In this document: piece by piece, positions 62,597-64,000 of the stretch | Numbering within the stretch: position 1 is the stretch's first letter | Layout: each line of letters begins with the position of its first letter | Made by a program: the position numbers and the translations under genes | NCBI GenBank assembly: GCA_963760615.1 | Contig: CAVXDX010000004.1 | Location: 78,223-142,222 of the forward strand | From: an uncultured Candidatus Micrarchaeota archaeon | GTDB lineage: Archaea; Micrarchaeota; Micrarchaeia; Burarchaeales; Fermentimicrarchaeaceae | Length of the DNA stretch: 64,000 nucleotides | Direction of reading: 5' to 3' | Notes under the pieces: model-generated | The model's input: the letters and a program-made list of their open reading frames with translations, nothing else | The model's database searches: none | Told to the model about the DNA's origin: nothing

Positions 62597-63970
62597 CTAT
62601 ACATAATCTAAAAGTTCCAACATATCCTCTCCGTCTAGAATAATGTTTGCGGCTTCTCTCACTTTGATTGGAGCTTTGAAGGCAACCCTTATTCCGACTG
62701 CTTTCATAGCATGTGCATCGCTATAACTATCCCCAACCATAATGCTTCTTTTGAGATCAACATCGTAAAGCTTAGCAAAGGAATTTACTGCTGCAAGCTT
62801 GCAAAGAGAGTAATCGCACCTCTCATCGCATTCCAACTTATTATTCATAATCTTACCAGTCAATATTCCATCTTTGACTTCTAGTTTGTTGGCAACTGCA
62901 TAATCTGCACCAAGCCTGTGTTTTACTATGTTTGCCACTAAAGTGTAACTATCGCTTAAAACTACGATCTTAAATCCCCTGTTCTTTAGCTCACCGATTG
63001 TTTTTTCAACTCCTTCATTAAATGGAATCTGTGAGGCTATACTTATTATTTCGCTCTTTTTCATGCCTTTTAGGAGGCGAGCTATATTTCTGCTTGCGTC
63101 TTTTTCCCTTATTTTCCCTTGCTTTAGTTTAGCTCTAATCTCAGATAGTTCTTTTTGTAATTTATGTTTTTTTGCTAAATGGTCAATAAATCTTCCATTC
63201 AATATGGTTCCATCCATGTCAAAGAAAGCAACTTTTGTTTTTTGTTCTTTACCCTGCAGATAGAACAGATTAAGAATTGCTTTCAGTCTTTCAGCAAAAC
63301 TTCTAACAAACCACCAACTGCGCTTAGTACCTCTTCCGATTATTATTTGCGCGATCTCTTTTGACATGATCGTTATTTCAATGGGTGGTCTCATTTCATG
63401 CTCCTTATAACCCAAATTGACTTCTTTTATTTTTGCATGAAACAGGAATGCATCTAAAACTATTCCAATATCTACCCCCCAACCCTCTTCGAATTTTAGC
63501 TTTGAAAAGAAGTCTCTTTTCCCTGCAATCTCACCACTTAATGGTTGTTTAAGCTTAATTTCAGGGAAGAACATACTCAACAATGGCTTGGCAGTAATCT
63601 CAGTAACTCTCCCTGCCTTTCTTTCATAATAACCCTTTACAAAATCTGCCTCGCCATCTAATATGGGCTCTATAAGTTTTTCAATAAAACTGCTTCTAAA
63701 ATTCACAATGTCAGCATCAGTGAAAACCAATATATCGCCTCTTGCATATCTCACACCGTCCATCATAGCAATTCCCTTGCCTGGAAACTTTTTTTTGCTT
63801 TGCTTGATTACTCTTGCTCCTGCTTTTTGAGCTGCCTCAATAGTATTATCTTTAGAGCCACCATCAACGACCAGAACTTCATAAACTAACTTTGCCTTCC
63901 TTGCTTCCTCAATAATTTTCCCTATAGTATTTTCTTCGTTTAATGCTGGGATTATAACACTTATTTTCAA
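62597..63970 (-). CDS. GT2 glucosyl-3-phosphoglycerate-synthase-like domain fused to a HAD (PSP-like) phosphatase
   Basis: IPALNEE, GKGIAM, FTDAD, FVKGYY...GRVTE...KPLL, QPLSGE, GWGVDIG; C-terminal FDMDGT, LSDS, K, GDSYSD; AT-rich; TTG start. Confidence 0.85.
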   Translation of the reverse strand: MKISVIIPALNEENTIGKIIEEARKAKLVYEVLVVDGGSKDNTIEAAQKAGARVIKQSKKKFPGKGIAMMDGVRYARGDILVFTDADIVNFRSSFIEKLIEPILDGEADFVKGYYERKAGRVTEITAKPLLSMFFPEIKLKQPLSGEIAGKRDFFSKLKFEEGWGVDIGIVLDAFLFHAKIKEVNLGYKEHEMRPPIEITIMSKEIAQIIIGRGTKRSWWFVRSFAERLKAILNLFYLQGKEQKTKVAFFDMDGTILNGRFIDHLAKKHKLQKELSEIRAKLKQGKIREKDASRNIARLLKGMKKSEIISIASQIPFNEGVEKTIGELKNRGFKIVVLSDSYTLVANIVKHRLGADYAVANKLEVKDGILTGKIMNNKLECDERCDYSLCKLAAVNSFAKLYDVDLKRSIMVGDSYSDAHAMKAVGIRVAFKAPIKVREAANIILDGEDMLELLDYV

Positions 63971-64000
63971 CGGAACACCGTAGAACTTATATACTCCATC

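Noticed and set aside
135-63364. Numerous 60-220 aa antisense or overlapping ORFs in the track (e.g. 3229-3675, 27321-27884, 59020-59658, 55860-56348)
   Set aside because: They are shadows of well-supported genes on the opposite strand or in another frame, with no motifs or RBS.
1-64000. CRISPR array, cas genes, IS elements, integrase or prophage
   Set aside because: No regularly spaced repeat-spacer array, and no transposase, integrase or viral hallmark motif was recognised.

Overview
Archaeal chromosomal window: archaeal GMP synthase subunits, PurP, Rpo4, L21e, RadA, class I HMG-CoA reductase, form III RuBisCO, TATA boxes and GGTGA/GGAGG Shine-Dalgarno motifs. Gene content and many lineage-specific ORFs suggest a DPANN archaeon, possibly Micrarchaeota-like; this is inference, not a phylogeny. 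Bases 1-32 kb are mostly housekeeping: a partial NuoE/HydC gene, tRNA-Leu(CAA), purine synthesis, an N-glycosylation/isoprenoid cluster, SelB-like and DEAD-box proteins, a stand-alone 5S rRNA, a single-repeat (half) TBP, the rpl21e-rpo4-DUF655-ksgA operon, an unusual histone-fold protein, RuBisCO, inositol-phosphate synthase and two KaiC-like ATPases. Bases 32.2-54.7 kb are a ~22 kb cell-surface filament locus. It has six class III signal-peptide pilins carrying loop-inserted LamG/DUF2341 cassettes, Cys-rich secreted proteins, two TadC-like platform genes and an assembly ATPase. A divergent operon encodes a large adhesin whose C-terminal domain is paralogous to the small secreted protein next to it, plus a lipoprotein, an anchored Ig protein and MinD. 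The most striking feature is one ancestral pilin-LamG protein that is split across two genes (40451-42130 and 42155-43522) by a nested insert carrying Cys-rich arms, stop codons and a new signal peptide. The right end holds RNase Z, an AT-rich free-standing NUMOD3 endonuclease gene, an ABC exporter with a PrsW fusion, radA and an AT-rich GpgS-HAD phosphatase fusion. No CRISPR array, transposase, integrase or reverse transcriptase was recognised. Domain calls come from motif recognition by eye; no database searches were run.
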